Source: Gammaproteobacteria bacterium
GTDB taxonomy: Bacteria > Pseudomonadota > Gammaproteobacteria > S012-40
Assembly: GCA_029883265.1 (NCBI GenBank)
Contig: JAOUJM010000001.1
Location: 10,511 to 74,510 of the forward strand
Direction: 5' to 3'
DNA length: 64,000 bases
Of this stretch, positions 44,815 to 54,657 are shown in pieces. Each line of letters starts with the position of its first letter. The first letter of the stretch is position 1. The position numbers and the translations under genes are program-made. The notes under the pieces are model-generated. The model had not been told where the DNA came from. It ran no database searches and worked only from the letters and a program-made list of their open reading frames with translations.

Positions 44815-46089
44815 TTAGAATCCAGAACTCGAAAGATCGCAGTTATTGCTGCTTGATCCATCGTTGCTTGAACTATTCGAGCTACTACAGTGCTCATTCC
44901 CATTTTCTGCAATGAATAGTAATTTACTTTTGGTTTCCGCTTCAACTTCTGCGGTAAATCGAGTGCCAGTCCATTTTTCTGGTAACCCCGTATTTACATA
45001 AATCGCTTCGAGTGCTTTAGTATGAAGGTTAGCAATAATTGATACAATAGGCGATTTATAGGTATAACCTACCCATATTTTAAGAGTACCCAACCATGTT
45101 TTAATGTAAATATAATTGCTACTCCAATGAGCGTAGGCTGCATAAACGTCTCGGCCCACTTTATTGTTATGCAAATCCATTTGGCCTGCCTTTGAGTCCC
45201 AGTTTTCACCCTTTTGTTCATGCGCGTTGGTAAATACCTCGGCCCACCATAAACCGCGACTTTCACTGGATGGCAAAATTAAAGTTGAAGAAGCAAAATG
45301 TGCAAGGTATGCATTCCATGCCGAATGCTGAAAGGAATTTGCTGAGGTACTATCAGCCGTGGTATTGAAAAGACTTTTAGTTGAGCTTTTAGCGTTGTTG
45401 GATGCATTGAAGGTGTCTAACCAATGTTCGGGGTGATTTACCAACAAATAGATTTCACCGGCACTCAATTTACTACCAAATAAATTCTCCAAGTCGTCGT
45501 AAATTGATTGAGAAACCGCCGCTGTATCTATAATTGCATTTTGCAGTTCAGCAATGGAAGCGGCAATTTGCATTTGTACCTGCGGCGTCGCAAGTTCGGA
45601 TATGACTATATAGTTTTTCTCTGCACCGATTTTTTTAAGTTCATTACGAATTTCTGCGACCACATAATCTTCAATATCTTGCTCCGTCATGACTTGATCC
45701 GGGGTCCCTGTTTGAGGATTAACTAAGTTTTGTACTTTCTCATTTGCAAAAGCCTCAACATTGAATGCAGGATAGCTTGTTCCTAGCGCTTGGATGATAG
45801 GTTCGACTGCGTCGAAAGTAGCTAGAAATTCAAGCCCTACACCATCCAAGGATTGAACCACGTGAGGTGTCAACATATCCACGAAATCATCATCGCTCAT
45901 TTCCAAAAGATTAGGAGGAAAGCTGGTTTTATATTTTTCGTAAAGCGGTTGCTCACTAGTGCCATACTGATGACTTACAAGTGAATCTCTATCGGAGTGA
46001 CTACACGCATGCAAAAATGTAGTCAATGATAAAACTATCAAGCAGGAAAATAACTTCCGATTATAAAAATTGTTTTCTAAAATTACCAT
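44815..46089 (-). CDS. Lipoprotein of unknown function with a Ser-rich C-terminal tail
   Basis: 424 aa. Signal peptide with lipobox FLHAC. C-terminus CSSSNSSSNDGSSSNNC. Confidence 0.45.
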   Translation of the reverse strand: MVILENNFYNRKLFSCLIVLSLTTFLHACSHSDRDSLVSHQYGTSEQPLYEKYKTSFPPNLLEMSDDDFVDMLTPHVVQSLDGVGLEFLATFDAVEPIIQALGTSYPAFNVEAFANEKVQNLVNPQTGTPDQVMTEQDIEDYVVAEIRNELKKIGAEKNYIVISELATPQVQMQIAASIAELQNAIIDTAAVSQSIYDDLENLFGSKLSAGEIYLLVNHPEHWLDTFNASNNAKSSTKSLFNTTADSTSANSFQHSAWNAYLAHFASSTLILPSSESRGLWWAEVFTNAHEQKGENWDSKAGQMDLHNNKVGRDVYAAYAHWSSNYIYIKTWLGTLKIWVGYTYKSPIVSIIANLHTKALEAIYVNTGLPEKWTGTRFTAEVEAETKSKLLFIAENGNEHCSSSNSSSNDGSSSNNCDLSSSGF

Positions 46090-46776
46090 AATATTTTTCT
46101 CAACTGTCTATTACCAAAAACAAGATCTTGCAGCAGGCTTCCTCAAGCTACACCTTGCGATGTTAACCATGCCTTTCTACTAACCTTCAGCTTTGCGAAC
46201 ATCTTGTAAAAGTAGGAAATGGGTGTCTTACAATTTACCCATTTAGAAATCATATGAGTCAATTTGACTGACGTAAAAGGTTGCGTCCCATTTTTCCAAC
46301 GGCCTACAGTAGAATTCGGCTAATAATAATTGGGAATCGGTACTCGAAAGAAATAAGTGTCGTTTTTTAATCGAGCAGCGATTAATTGAACCAATCGAAC
46401 TAATTTACCATTATTATTTTTGCGCATATTACATTACGCATGCAACTTGTCAATTACTTTTGGTTGCTTTAGTTTATTGAGGGATTGCAAACGGGTTAAT
46501 TGTCGGGCTTAGGATTGTGGCTGATAGAGTTTCACACTAGCTGATTTTGTTCGTGGTGCGAATTCGAGTCTTAACGCATTCTCAACTAATAATCTCCATC
46601 AAAGTTGGCCTAAACATTTTCAGGCTGAATCAAATTCAAAGGACACTACTGCGCAATCTTTATTTCCACGACCTTGGCGCTCCAACTCGTTATATACAAA
46701 CTGTTGAAGCTGCGATGAAACGCCGTTTTCCTCACACGCCGGCACATTGTTAACTTTCTTGAAAAAGATATAGGCT

Positions 46777-46944
46777 TCAAAAGAATTCATCCTTGGCCAT
46801 AATATGAGAATCATGAGCCTTAACGGGACAAATATTCTTAAAATACCCGCGAAATGCATCGTTGACATGATCCATATTTCGATCACGCTCTTTCATGCGT
46901 CTCTTTGCTCTGGCAAATGCTTCGTCACTTGGTATTTTACTCAT
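46777..46944 (-). CDS. Small ORF (55 aa, MSKIPSDEAFARAKRRMKERDRNMDHVNDAFRG…) with a strong RBS
   Basis: AGGAAGG lies 8 nt upstream of the ATG (46944..46942). The ORF is below the ORF-track size cutoff. It conflicts with the overlapping track ORF 46620..46886. Confidence 0.3.
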   Translation of the reverse strand: MSKIPSDEAFARAKRRMKERDRNMDHVNDAFRGYFKNICPVKAHDSHIMAKDEFF

Positions 46945-46979
46945 CTATTTTCGCCTTCCTGACCTAGTGATCTTGCTCA

Positions 46980-47429
46980 AAGATGTTTAGTCGGATTGCA
47001 CAAAAAAATGTTCGTTTGACTATTCTTTATACGATTTTAATTTTTTAGTCTATTTTTGCCTAGCCATATGAGATGTCATGTCAATTTAAAGCGCTGAAGA
47101 TCAAGCTTTTTCAAAAAAACTTATAACGCTCTGAATGATTTTTTCCGGTGTATCAAGATTGTCTCCTGCTGCGAGAATAGTTTTACATAGGAGTACGAGC
47201 GGAGAATTTGGCTGCATGGCTTCCGCTTTTAGCAATACTTCGCTGGCCTGATTGTCATTGCCTTCAAACAATGCCACCAAAGCCAAACTTGCGAGTGTTT
47301 CCGCACTTTGTCCATCAAGTATTAATGCTTGCTGCAAGTTGCTTTTTGCTACTGAGATTTGATTACTGGCTATTTGCGCCCAGGCCAATGCAACCAGGTT
47401 CGCAGTGTCGTTTGGCATGAGGTTTGTGG
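46980..47429. repeat. ~450-bp direct repeat, right copy
   Basis: Pairs with 41064-41514. Confidence 0.8.
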
Positions 47430-48189
47430 CCTGTTGCAAATAGTCACAAGCGGAGGAAAAATCCTGTTGCTGTAATGCAATCATGCCCAGCCCAGACAAG
47501 GACCGTGCATTTTTTGCATCACGCTTCAACGCATGATGGTAATATTGTTTGGCATGATTCAAATCAGATCGATCAAAACTTATCGTCCCCAACACTACAT
47601 GGGCTTCAAGCGAATCAGCATCTAATTCCAAAGCTGTTGTGGCATACTCTAAGGCCCTGTCTTGTTGTTGCGCATCCAAAGAAATAATCGCTAGTTGTCC
47701 GAGTGCTGTCACATCCTGAGGATGCCGCACAAGATATTTTTCGAGATTAGACTGCGCTTCATCAAGTTTATTGAGGTGATGCTGTGCTCGCGCAAGTACA
47801 ACCGCTACATTGGGTACTTGTTGAGACTGTAGATCAATTGCACGAAGCACCTCTTCGGCTTGCTCATACTCTCCTGTATATAAGTAGGCATAACCAAGAT
47901 TGTAACGCAGCACATCATTATCCACGCCTTGTCGCTGCATATCCAACAAAGTAGCAATCGCTTGCTTATAATCACCACTGGCGATGCTGAATGTTGCTAA
48001 ACGAAAAAGCAAACCCGGGTCAGCTCCTAAGCGTTGGATGGCAGATTTAATCTGTTGTTCTGCGTTATCAAACTGCGCAAGCTGCGTTTGTAAATCAATC
48101 ACACGATACAAAAGATGCAAATTGTTTTCGTCTTGTGACAAATAACCTAAAAACTTGTTGAGCTCTGTTTGCAGTTGATCCGTATCCAT
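47101..48189 (-). CDS. TPR-repeat protein
   Basis: 362 aa containing multiple 34-residue TPR-like repeats. It is the last gene of the flagellar array. Confidence 0.6.
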   Translation of the reverse strand: MDTDQLQTELNKFLGYLSQDENNLHLLYRVIDLQTQLAQFDNAEQQIKSAIQRLGADPGLLFRLATFSIASGDYKQAIATLLDMQRQGVDNDVLRYNLGYAYLYTGEYEQAEEVLRAIDLQSQQVPNVAVVLARAQHHLNKLDEAQSNLEKYLVRHPQDVTALGQLAIISLDAQQQDRALEYATTALELDADSLEAHVVLGTISFDRSDLNHAKQYYHHALKRDAKNARSLSGLGMIALQQQDFSSACDYLQQATNLMPNDTANLVALAWAQIASNQISVAKSNLQQALILDGQSAETLASLALVALFEGNDNQASEVLLKAEAMQPNSPLVLLCKTILAAGDNLDTPEKIIQSVISFFEKA

Positions 48190-48205
48190 GCAGGTTCCTG
48201 TTGGC

Positions 48206-48763
48206 TTAGTTTATCGTCTTATACGCGTTTTTTGCTAATTGAAGATTATTATTAACATCCTCATTGCTTTGATCTTGATTGAGCTGTGTTAACAATTCCT
48301 TGGCCTTGCCAAAATATAAATTATCGGCAGGTGCAGACTGCATCAGTCGATTCAAACACTCACGAGATTTCTCGAATTCTCCTTTTTGCGCATGGGCAAG
48401 TCCCTTATAAAACAGTGTCGGCGGACTCAAAGGCTCAACCTCTAACACTTCTGCCCATATTTGTAGCGCGTCATCAATCTGGTTTGAGTCAAAGTGTAAC
48501 ATACCGTACTCAAATTTTTCGATGGTTGCTTGATGACTGTTTTTTAGGTATTGCTGATAAAATTGTTTGGCTTTGTCATACAAATGCAATTGCGCGAACA
48601 ACTTTCCTCCCATAATTAATGCCTCGCTATTATCCGCATCGACTTTCAGCACTTGTTTGATTTTTAATAAAGCGTGATCGACCCGATTTTGCTCGATATC
48701 TAAACGTGCTAAGGCCACTAGCTCCCTATTATCAAATTCATTCAACATGGATTGAATATCCAT
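48206..48763 (-). CDS. TPR-repeat protein (small, chaperone-like)
   Basis: 185 aa with 3-4 TPR repeats. It lies directly downstream of fliA. Confidence 0.5.
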   Translation of the reverse strand: MDIQSMLNEFDNRELVALARLDIEQNRVDHALLKIKQVLKVDADNSEALIMGGKLFAQLHLYDKAKQFYQQYLKNSHQATIEKFEYGMLHFDSNQIDDALQIWAEVLEVEPLSPPTLFYKGLAHAQKGEFEKSRECLNRLMQSAPADNLYFGKAKELLTQLNQDQSNEDVNNNLQLAKNAYKTIN

Positions 48764-48803
48764 TATTACTTCTCCTCAATTATTTTCAATTCATTCAAAC
48801 CTG

Positions 48804-49538
48804 TTAGTAACTAACATCCATTGTTTCCGAATGATCCATAAGTTTTCGTAGATTGTCCAAACCACTTTTGTGGAGTTGGGATACGCGCGCTTTTGATAAA
48901 CTCATTAACTTGGCTATGGACTCAAAGCTTAGATGATAAAAATAGTGACAGCGTAACACTTCTTGCTCGTTTTCTTTCAATCTGCCGACTAAATCCCGCA
49001 TTTGAGATTTCAAGCGCCGTAGTTCGTCACTGTTATATGGATTACCATCAATTGCCACTGGGTGATCTTCACTGTCAAGTATATAACTGATCGCAAAGTT
49101 TACCGTGGTCTCAACCATTCGCGCAAACACCGACTGTTTAAAAGCCTCCGAGTCCACAGAGGTAATCGATGTTACACGATCGGCCTGGGCCTGCTTGGCG
49201 AAACTATATTGTTTTCGTTTTTCAGTAAAGTTTTGAATACCATTAAGAATGGCTCCTTTGATTCGATAGCTTGCGAAGCTTGAAAATCGTATATTCTTCT
49301 GCCAATCAAAACGATCAATTGACTCAATAAGACCGACGGTTCCCAATTGAATATAATCGTCTAGGTCAATATCATGCTGATTCTGTTTTAAATAAACATG
49401 GGTTGCAGTTTGCCGGACCAAGCCGAGATAGTGACAGATAATTTTATCTCTAACTTTGCCGCATGAATCCGAATCAAGCTGCTGCCACAAATCCAGTTCA
49501 TCATTGATTATCGGTTCTTCCGCTGAAATTGTCATCAT
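48804..49538 (-). CDS. fliA: Flagellar sigma factor FliA (sigma-28 type)
   Basis: 244 aa. Region 2 motif LGTVGLIESIDRFDWQKNIRFSSFASYRIKGAI. Region 4 HTH LSFESIAKLMSLSKARVSQLHKSGLDNLRK. Confidence 0.8.
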   Translation of the reverse strand: MMTISAEEPIINDELDLWQQLDSDSCGKVRDKIICHYLGLVRQTATHVYLKQNQHDIDLDDYIQLGTVGLIESIDRFDWQKNIRFSSFASYRIKGAILNGIQNFTEKRKQYSFAKQAQADRVTSITSVDSEAFKQSVFARMVETTVNFAISYILDSEDHPVAIDGNPYNSDELRRLKSQMRDLVGRLKENEQEVLRCHYFYHLSFESIAKLMSLSKARVSQLHKSGLDNLRKLMDHSETMDVSY

Positions 49539-49550
49539 CCATACAACAGC

Positions 49551-50300
49551 TTATAGAAAACTTCCCATTAATGCTTCAATCACCAAGTTCCAACCGTCAA
49601 TTAACACAAACATCATAATTTTGATGGGCAGAGAAATCATCATGGGCGGTACCATTAACATGCCCATGGACATTAGGATACTCGCCACCACCAAATCGAT
49701 AAGCAAAAAGGGCAAAAAAATAACAAATCCAATTTGAAAAGCGGTTTTTAATTCACTAATCATAAATGCCGGAATCAAAGTGAAATTACTTATTTCTTCT
49801 ACGGTGCCAGGCATTTCTTCTCCCGCCAAATCAATCATCAGTGCAATATCTTTTTCTCGCGATTGCTTAATCATAAATTCCCGGAGTGGTGACATTGCCA
49901 AATCAAAGGCGTGCCCCGGTTGCATTTGATCGTTCATGAAGGGCTGAAACGCTTGCTGGTTAATCTGTTTAAATACGGGCGCCATATTAAACACCGTCAG
50001 AAACAATGCAAGACTAATCAAAACCGTATTCGGTGGTGTTTGCTGCATACCAAACGCATGGCGCAATATGGCTAATACTACGATAATTCGCGTAAACGAT
50101 GTCATAACTACTAGAATGGCTGGTACCAGACTGAGTACAGTCAACCCCAATAATACTTTAAGCGCTGCCGCGATTTCAGTTTTGTCTTCAGCTTTATCAG
50201 CAAATGAAACACTAATGCCGGGCAACTCGATATCGGCCGCTTGAATTTGTCCTGACCAAACAAAAACCGCTAATCCTAGAAATAAAAGCAAAAACTTCAT
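49551..50300 (-). CDS. fliP: Flagellar export apparatus protein FliP
   Basis: 249 aa. Cleavable signal peptide followed by four TM helices. Conserved motifs …PPxxV/I…GF…IPFL. Confidence 0.9.
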   Translation of the reverse strand: MKFLLLFLGLAVFVWSGQIQAADIELPGISVSFADKAEDKTEIAAALKVLLGLTVLSLVPAILVVMTSFTRIIVVLAILRHAFGMQQTPPNTVLISLALFLTVFNMAPVFKQINQQAFQPFMNDQMQPGHAFDLAMSPLREFMIKQSREKDIALMIDLAGEEMPGTVEEISNFTLIPAFMISELKTAFQIGFVIFLPFLLIDLVVASILMSMGMLMVPPMMISLPIKIMMFVLIDGWNLVIEALMGSFL

Positions 50301-50314
50301 GCTTAGGTCTACCT

Positions 50315-50728
50315 TTATAATTCTTGTTTTGCACTTGCTATGGCTGTGACATTAACATGATCACCGGCTTGCGATAATAAAAATGTCTGCTGATCGATTT
50401 CAACCAAGAACACGGTGGTCTTGGTTGATAAACGCTGCGTCTCCAATAATCGTATCCGTCGCCCTCCTGGCGATTGTGCCGATGGTACAAAATTAAAACG
50501 GCGCATTATATAAATTGAAAATACCGCCAACGTAATCGCAATCACTAATCCTACAAACACTTTTGAAACCAATGCAACGGTTATAACCTCGTCTTGCTTA
50601 AAAGGAATTGCTGACGATTCTGTGCGTAACTCGATGCGCTCGTTCTTTTGCAGAGTGCCCGCGGGATCATCAGCAGCCAAACTTAACATCGGCATCAATA
50701 GCAGTAACAACAAAATAGTTTTTTTCAT
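50315..50728 (-). CDS. fliO: Flagellar protein FliO
   Basis: 137 aa with a single TM segment. It sits between fliN and fliP. Confidence 0.6.
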   Translation of the reverse strand: MKKTILLLLLLMPMLSLAADDPAGTLQKNERIELRTESSAIPFKQDEVITVALVSKVFVGLVIAITLAVFSIYIMRRFNFVPSAQSPGGRRIRLLETQRLSTKTTVFLVEIDQQTFLLSQAGDHVNVTAIASAKQEL

Positions 50729-51027
50729 TATTTTTGGATATCAGTCACTTGAACACCATAATTATTATCCACTGCCACGAGATTGCCCCGAGCCACTACT
50801 TTACCATCTAAAATAATATCCACCGGCGCATTAATTTCCTGATTGAGCTGCAATACTTCATTTTCTTTTAAATCATACAATTCACCAACCGTCATCTCAG
50901 AATCACCCAATCTGACTTCAAGCGATACCTTTACATTACGAATCAGTTCCATATCGTTATCTAGCAACTTTTTTCCTTGGTCTTCTTCAATAAAAAACTC
51001 ACCAAGTTCTACATTCTTTACCACCAT
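50728..51027 (-). CDS. fliN: Flagellar motor switch protein FliN
   Basis: 99 aa SpoA-domain protein (…VSLEVRLGDSEMTVGELYDLKENEVLQLNQ…DIILDGKVVARGNLVAVDNNYGVQVTDI). Confidence 0.8.
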   Translation of the reverse strand: MVVKNVELGEFFIEEDQGKKLLDNDMELIRNVKVSLEVRLGDSEMTVGELYDLKENEVLQLNQEINAPVDIILDGKVVARGNLVAVDNNYGVQVTDIQK

Positions 51028-51051
51028 TTTACCATCCTCATTGATTTCTAA

Positions 51052-51852
51052 TTACTTATTTAGTGAAACAACTTTTAATGATTTGCGTTTATTCTGCTGT
51101 CCCAAGTAGGCTTTGCATTGAATTGTTTTGCCATGAATAACTATATTTACAGAATCATTCAACGATTGATCCAAGCGCAACACATCCCCGATTTTTAGAT
51201 TACGCAAATCATTAACACTGACTTCCGTCTGGCCAATCTCCACACTATACTGAATGCGTTTGGACCGCAGGGACTCATGAATACTGTTTAATTTTGCTTT
51301 TTCTTTTCTTGATTGATTATCTGCGACTAACAGGCTGCTGACCATTGTAGGCGCCATTACAACGCGTAGTTCTGCGAGCCCGAGACGAATCGACACCTGT
51401 ATCGCAGCTGAACCTTTGTAGAAATAATTGCTTGGCACAGTGGTGTCACTGGTTTGGTCAAAGGGCGCAACACGCACTTGCTCAATTTCTTTTTCACAAA
51501 GTCCGGCCCCCAAGTGTCGTAATGCGTCACGCAACACATGCGACATCAATTGACTATTTGAAAGATCAATTGATGTCGTCTTTGGTTCTGGAAACATTAA
51601 CGTTGTATAAAAATCTTTTTTAAAGCTTGCGCCCGTGCGAAACTCACACATAAACTCATTGTTCTCATCCATAAATGCATAGGCAATGGATGCATCGAGT
51701 GGTGGCAACGGATGATCAACATGTACAATGGCTATTTGACTATTAAGCATCCAGTCTTTTGCCCATTGCTCAAGTCTATTTTGTAGCTTTGTTTTAATAA
51801 CTTGTGCTCGTTTGGGACTGATCAGCACAAAAGAAGATATGTTTTTCATCAT
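51052..51852 (-). CDS. fliM: FliM-like switch protein (short; lacks the N-terminal CheY-binding peptide)
   Basis: 266 aa. C-terminal SpoA-like segment EVSVNDLRNLKIGDVLRLDQ…VNIVIHGKTIQCKAYLG. Position immediately before fliN. Confidence 0.55.
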   Translation of the reverse strand: MMKNISSFVLISPKRAQVIKTKLQNRLEQWAKDWMLNSQIAIVHVDHPLPPLDASIAYAFMDENNEFMCEFRTGASFKKDFYTTLMFPEPKTTSIDLSNSQLMSHVLRDALRHLGAGLCEKEIEQVRVAPFDQTSDTTVPSNYFYKGSAAIQVSIRLGLAELRVVMAPTMVSSLLVADNQSRKEKAKLNSIHESLRSKRIQYSVEIGQTEVSVNDLRNLKIGDVLRLDQSLNDSVNIVIHGKTIQCKAYLGQQNKRKSLKVVSLNK

Positions 51853-53078
51853 TTCCTCATTGACTCAATGAGTTCTTGCATCATTTCATTTGCCGTGGTC
51901 AAAATTTGCGATGAGGCTTGAAATCCACGTTGCGTGATAATTAGATTGGCAAATTGAGTACTAATCTCAACATTAGACAATTCAATTTTTCCACTCACTA
52001 TTTCGCCCATGCCATCCTGTGTTGCTGATGAAATTGTTTTCTTCATACCGTCATCCGCTGAAAATATTCCACGTCCCAACTGTCTTAACGATTGCAAATC
52101 ATCAAACCAAGCAATAGCCAACTGGTTCAATTTCAGCTCCTCACCATTGGCGTAAGTGATGGTGAATACGCCTTCCCGGTCAAATGCCATATCGCGAATT
52201 GCCGACGCGGTTGAACCATTTTGTGATTTCACCGCCAAATCTGATCGGGTGCCGGCAGAAAACGAAGTTGCATTGGCAAAACTACCCGGTTCACCAAAAA
52301 ACAATTTAACAGACATTGTTTCTTGCCCTTCGGGTTGAAACTCAAATTCATATTGGTTAAATCCCTCCTCCGGCGTTCCATTGCTTTGAAATCGAATCTG
52401 TCCACCGGTGTTTATGGTTATTCCTTTACTATTTTGCACCTCTAGATTCCATTGATGGAGAAACGGCGTGGATTTGTCCTCAACCAGGATTAACTTCAAT
52501 TTATGTTCAGTCCCGGCCTTATCAAGAATGACAACGTCACTAACTTCATGACGGTTTGGTGTTGAACTCTCTGTTGATCGAGATAAGTTATTTGAAAACT
52601 TTATTTCTGTTGTTGCTCGGGGTGCAAGTGTGCGATAGGCATCAATATTAATTGTCTCGAGATTGTTTTTTGAATTTAGACTTAGGAGTTGGTAATTGCT
52701 TCCTAAACTAACAACATAACCATCTTTGTCGACTGAAAATTGTCCAGATCGACTATAATATTGTTGCCCCCCATCACTAACGATAAAAAAACCATTTCCT
52801 CTAACCGCAGCATCCAAGGAATTACCCGTATCGCGCAGTTCACCTTGACTAAATTGAATTGATGTCGAATGAGTCGCTACACCTTGACCAATTTGAGTGT
52901 GCGTTTTTCCCGAGTTTTGTTCATCGTTAAGTTGATACTGATAAAACAAATCCCTAAAAACCAAATCTGAGCCTTTAAAACCCGGCGTGTTGAGATTTGA
53001 AATATTATTACTAATGGAATCTAAACCTTTCGAATAAGCGCTTAATCCAGACATTCCGGTATACATGGCTCCAATCAT
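51849..53078 (-). CDS. flgE: Flagellar hook protein FlgE
   Basis: 409 aa. N-terminal rod/hook motif SGLSA…ISNNISNLNTPGFK. C-terminal GFQASSQILTTANEMMQELI. Confidence 0.8.
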   Translation of the reverse strand: MIGAMYTGMSGLSAYSKGLDSISNNISNLNTPGFKGSDLVFRDLFYQYQLNDEQNSGKTHTQIGQGVATHSTSIQFSQGELRDTGNSLDAAVRGNGFFIVSDGGQQYYSRSGQFSVDKDGYVVSLGSNYQLLSLNSKNNLETINIDAYRTLAPRATTEIKFSNNLSRSTESSTPNRHEVSDVVILDKAGTEHKLKLILVEDKSTPFLHQWNLEVQNSKGITINTGGQIRFQSNGTPEEGFNQYEFEFQPEGQETMSVKLFFGEPGSFANATSFSAGTRSDLAVKSQNGSTASAIRDMAFDREGVFTITYANGEELKLNQLAIAWFDDLQSLRQLGRGIFSADDGMKKTISSATQDGMGEIVSGKIELSNVEISTQFANLIITQRGFQASSQILTTANEMMQELIESMRK

Positions 53079-53515
53079 GGTGCATCTCCTGTCGTTGCCT
53101 GAGTGACAAGTGAAATTTGTGAAAGACTGACATTAATATCCACTTGTTGGCTGGCATCACTTTTCACTGACAATCGTGGAACACCTTGTTCAAATCGAAT
53201 AGCAATGACATCACCAGTTTCTTTCCGTCCATCCGAGTAACCAACATCGACTTTTTTACCGATCAAACCGATGGCTTGATCCGATGATTGAATGGTTAGT
53301 GCCGCATCCAATTTTTCATTGAGTTGGCGCGATTGCTCTAAATTAGTAAACTGAGCAAGCTGTGCAATAAACTCTTGATTGTCCATTGGCTTAAGTGGAT
53401 CCTGGTAGGTCAATTGGTTGATCAAGATTTTGAACAAATCCTCTTGTCCTACACCAGCATTCTGTAATTGTGCTAGCGGGGTTGATATCACACCACCGAC
53501 AGTTTCGACAGCCAT
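53075..53515 (-). CDS. flgD: Hook capping protein FlgD
   Basis: 146 aa. LFKILINQLTYQDPLKPMDNQEF matches the FlgD signature. Confidence 0.75.
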   Translation of the reverse strand: MAVETVGGVISTPLAQLQNAGVGQEDLFKILINQLTYQDPLKPMDNQEFIAQLAQFTNLEQSRQLNEKLDAALTIQSSDQAIGLIGKKVDVGYSDGRKETGDVIAIRFEQGVPRLSVKSDASQQVDINVSLSQISLVTQATTGDAP

Positions 53516-53527
53516 AAGTTTGCCTCC

Positions 53528-54208
53528 TTAATACAAAATATTAACCGAGCCATCGTTATTGACTGGCTCCGTTTGATGTTTTGATGGTTGATGAAAAACC
53601 AGTTGTTGGTTAACCTTCAGTCCTACCAATTTTTGATTGCTCCGTTGTAATTGTAATTGTGTCCATTGGAGCAAACGCTGAATATGATGTGTTTCAAGTG
53701 TAAGGTCATTAATGGCAACCAAGACACCTCCCTCCACTTTGGTCAATACGACCGGGTTTTTCTCACGCGACAATGGTTTATGTTGATTGTCGCTAGTGGG
53801 TTCCACCGGCTTTGCTTGTGGTCTTGCATTATTGACCACGAGCGAACGCATAGCTTGAGGAAAATCGGTGGTAGGCTTACTGGTTTGTGAAACAAATTCC
53901 TGTTGAATAGCGACCGAGACTGTTTTATTGGAAGCAACCTGATTGACACCTGAATTCGCGGTCTGTATGGCAATTGATGCGCTATCAATTGCGTCATAAG
54001 GTGAAGCACTGACTATTTGATTTACCACAACATGTTCGGTGGAAGGATTGGTATCGGGCGAGTTTTTTATTTGTGCATCAAATTGTCGTTGTTCATCAAA
54101 CCAGGCCTTTTCCCATTGATTCATCGCCTTGGATTTCTCGTTCTGATAGGAAATTATATTTTTCATTGCCAGTAATGGCATTGGATTTGTTTTCACAGAA
54201 TCAGTCAT
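53528..54208 (-). CDS. fliK: Putative hook-length control protein FliK
   Basis: 226 aa Q/P/S-rich protein between fliJ and flgD. The assignment is positional. Confidence 0.4.
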   Translation of the reverse strand: MTDSVKTNPMPLLAMKNIISYQNEKSKAMNQWEKAWFDEQRQFDAQIKNSPDTNPSTEHVVVNQIVSASPYDAIDSASIAIQTANSGVNQVASNKTVSVAIQQEFVSQTSKPTTDFPQAMRSLVVNNARPQAKPVEPTSDNQHKPLSREKNPVVLTKVEGGVLVAINDLTLETHHIQRLLQWTQLQLQRSNQKLVGLKVNQQLVFHQPSKHQTEPVNNDGSVNILY

Positions 54209-54657
54209 TAGTGCGTGCCTCCATGTTTGAGTAACTGGAATTCGTCAGCTTGGCATTGTTCACTTTTTGAAGTCCGTTCTGAAATAGATTGCTGTTTTTT
54301 CTCGGCCAAATGATTGAGTGCACGTTCTTCTGACGAAATGCGCTTGCACTGTTGTTCGATCATTTGCAGTTTCTCTAGCTCATAGTCAAATAGTCGCTTG
54401 AGTTGATCGTAGCGATGACGTTGTGCGCGTATGAATTGCGGATAACTAAGCATGCTAGTCAATGCCAATTGTTGTTTGCTTTGCAAGCAATCTCGATAAT
54501 CGGACTCACTTTGTTTGATGATGTGTAAACATTGATCCATTGCACCTTCAATATTTTGAGTTTTTACACGCTGTTGATTACGCTGCTGAACTTGCTTCTG
54601 TAGCTCAAAGGATCGAATCATAGCAAGGCGAATGAATATTTGTTTTTGTCTATTCAT
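54208..54657 (-). CDS. fliJ: Flagellar export chaperone FliJ
   Basis: 149-aa Q/R/E-rich coiled-coil protein immediately after fliI (overlapping starts). Confidence 0.55.
   Translation of the reverse strand: MNRQKQIFIRLAMIRSFELQKQVQQRNQQRVKTQNIEGAMDQCLHIIKQSESDYRDCLQSKQQLALTSMLSYPQFIRAQRHRYDQLKRLFDYELEKLQMIEQQCKRISSEERALNHLAEKKQQSISERTSKSEQCQADEFQLLKHGGTH

Noticed and set aside
46620-46886. Track ORF of 88 aa (MIEIWIMSTMHFAGILRIF…)
   Set aside because: It overlaps the better-supported 55-aa ORF 46777..46944 (strong SD) in another frame. Its hydrophobic start has no RBS, so it is kept only as uncertain.
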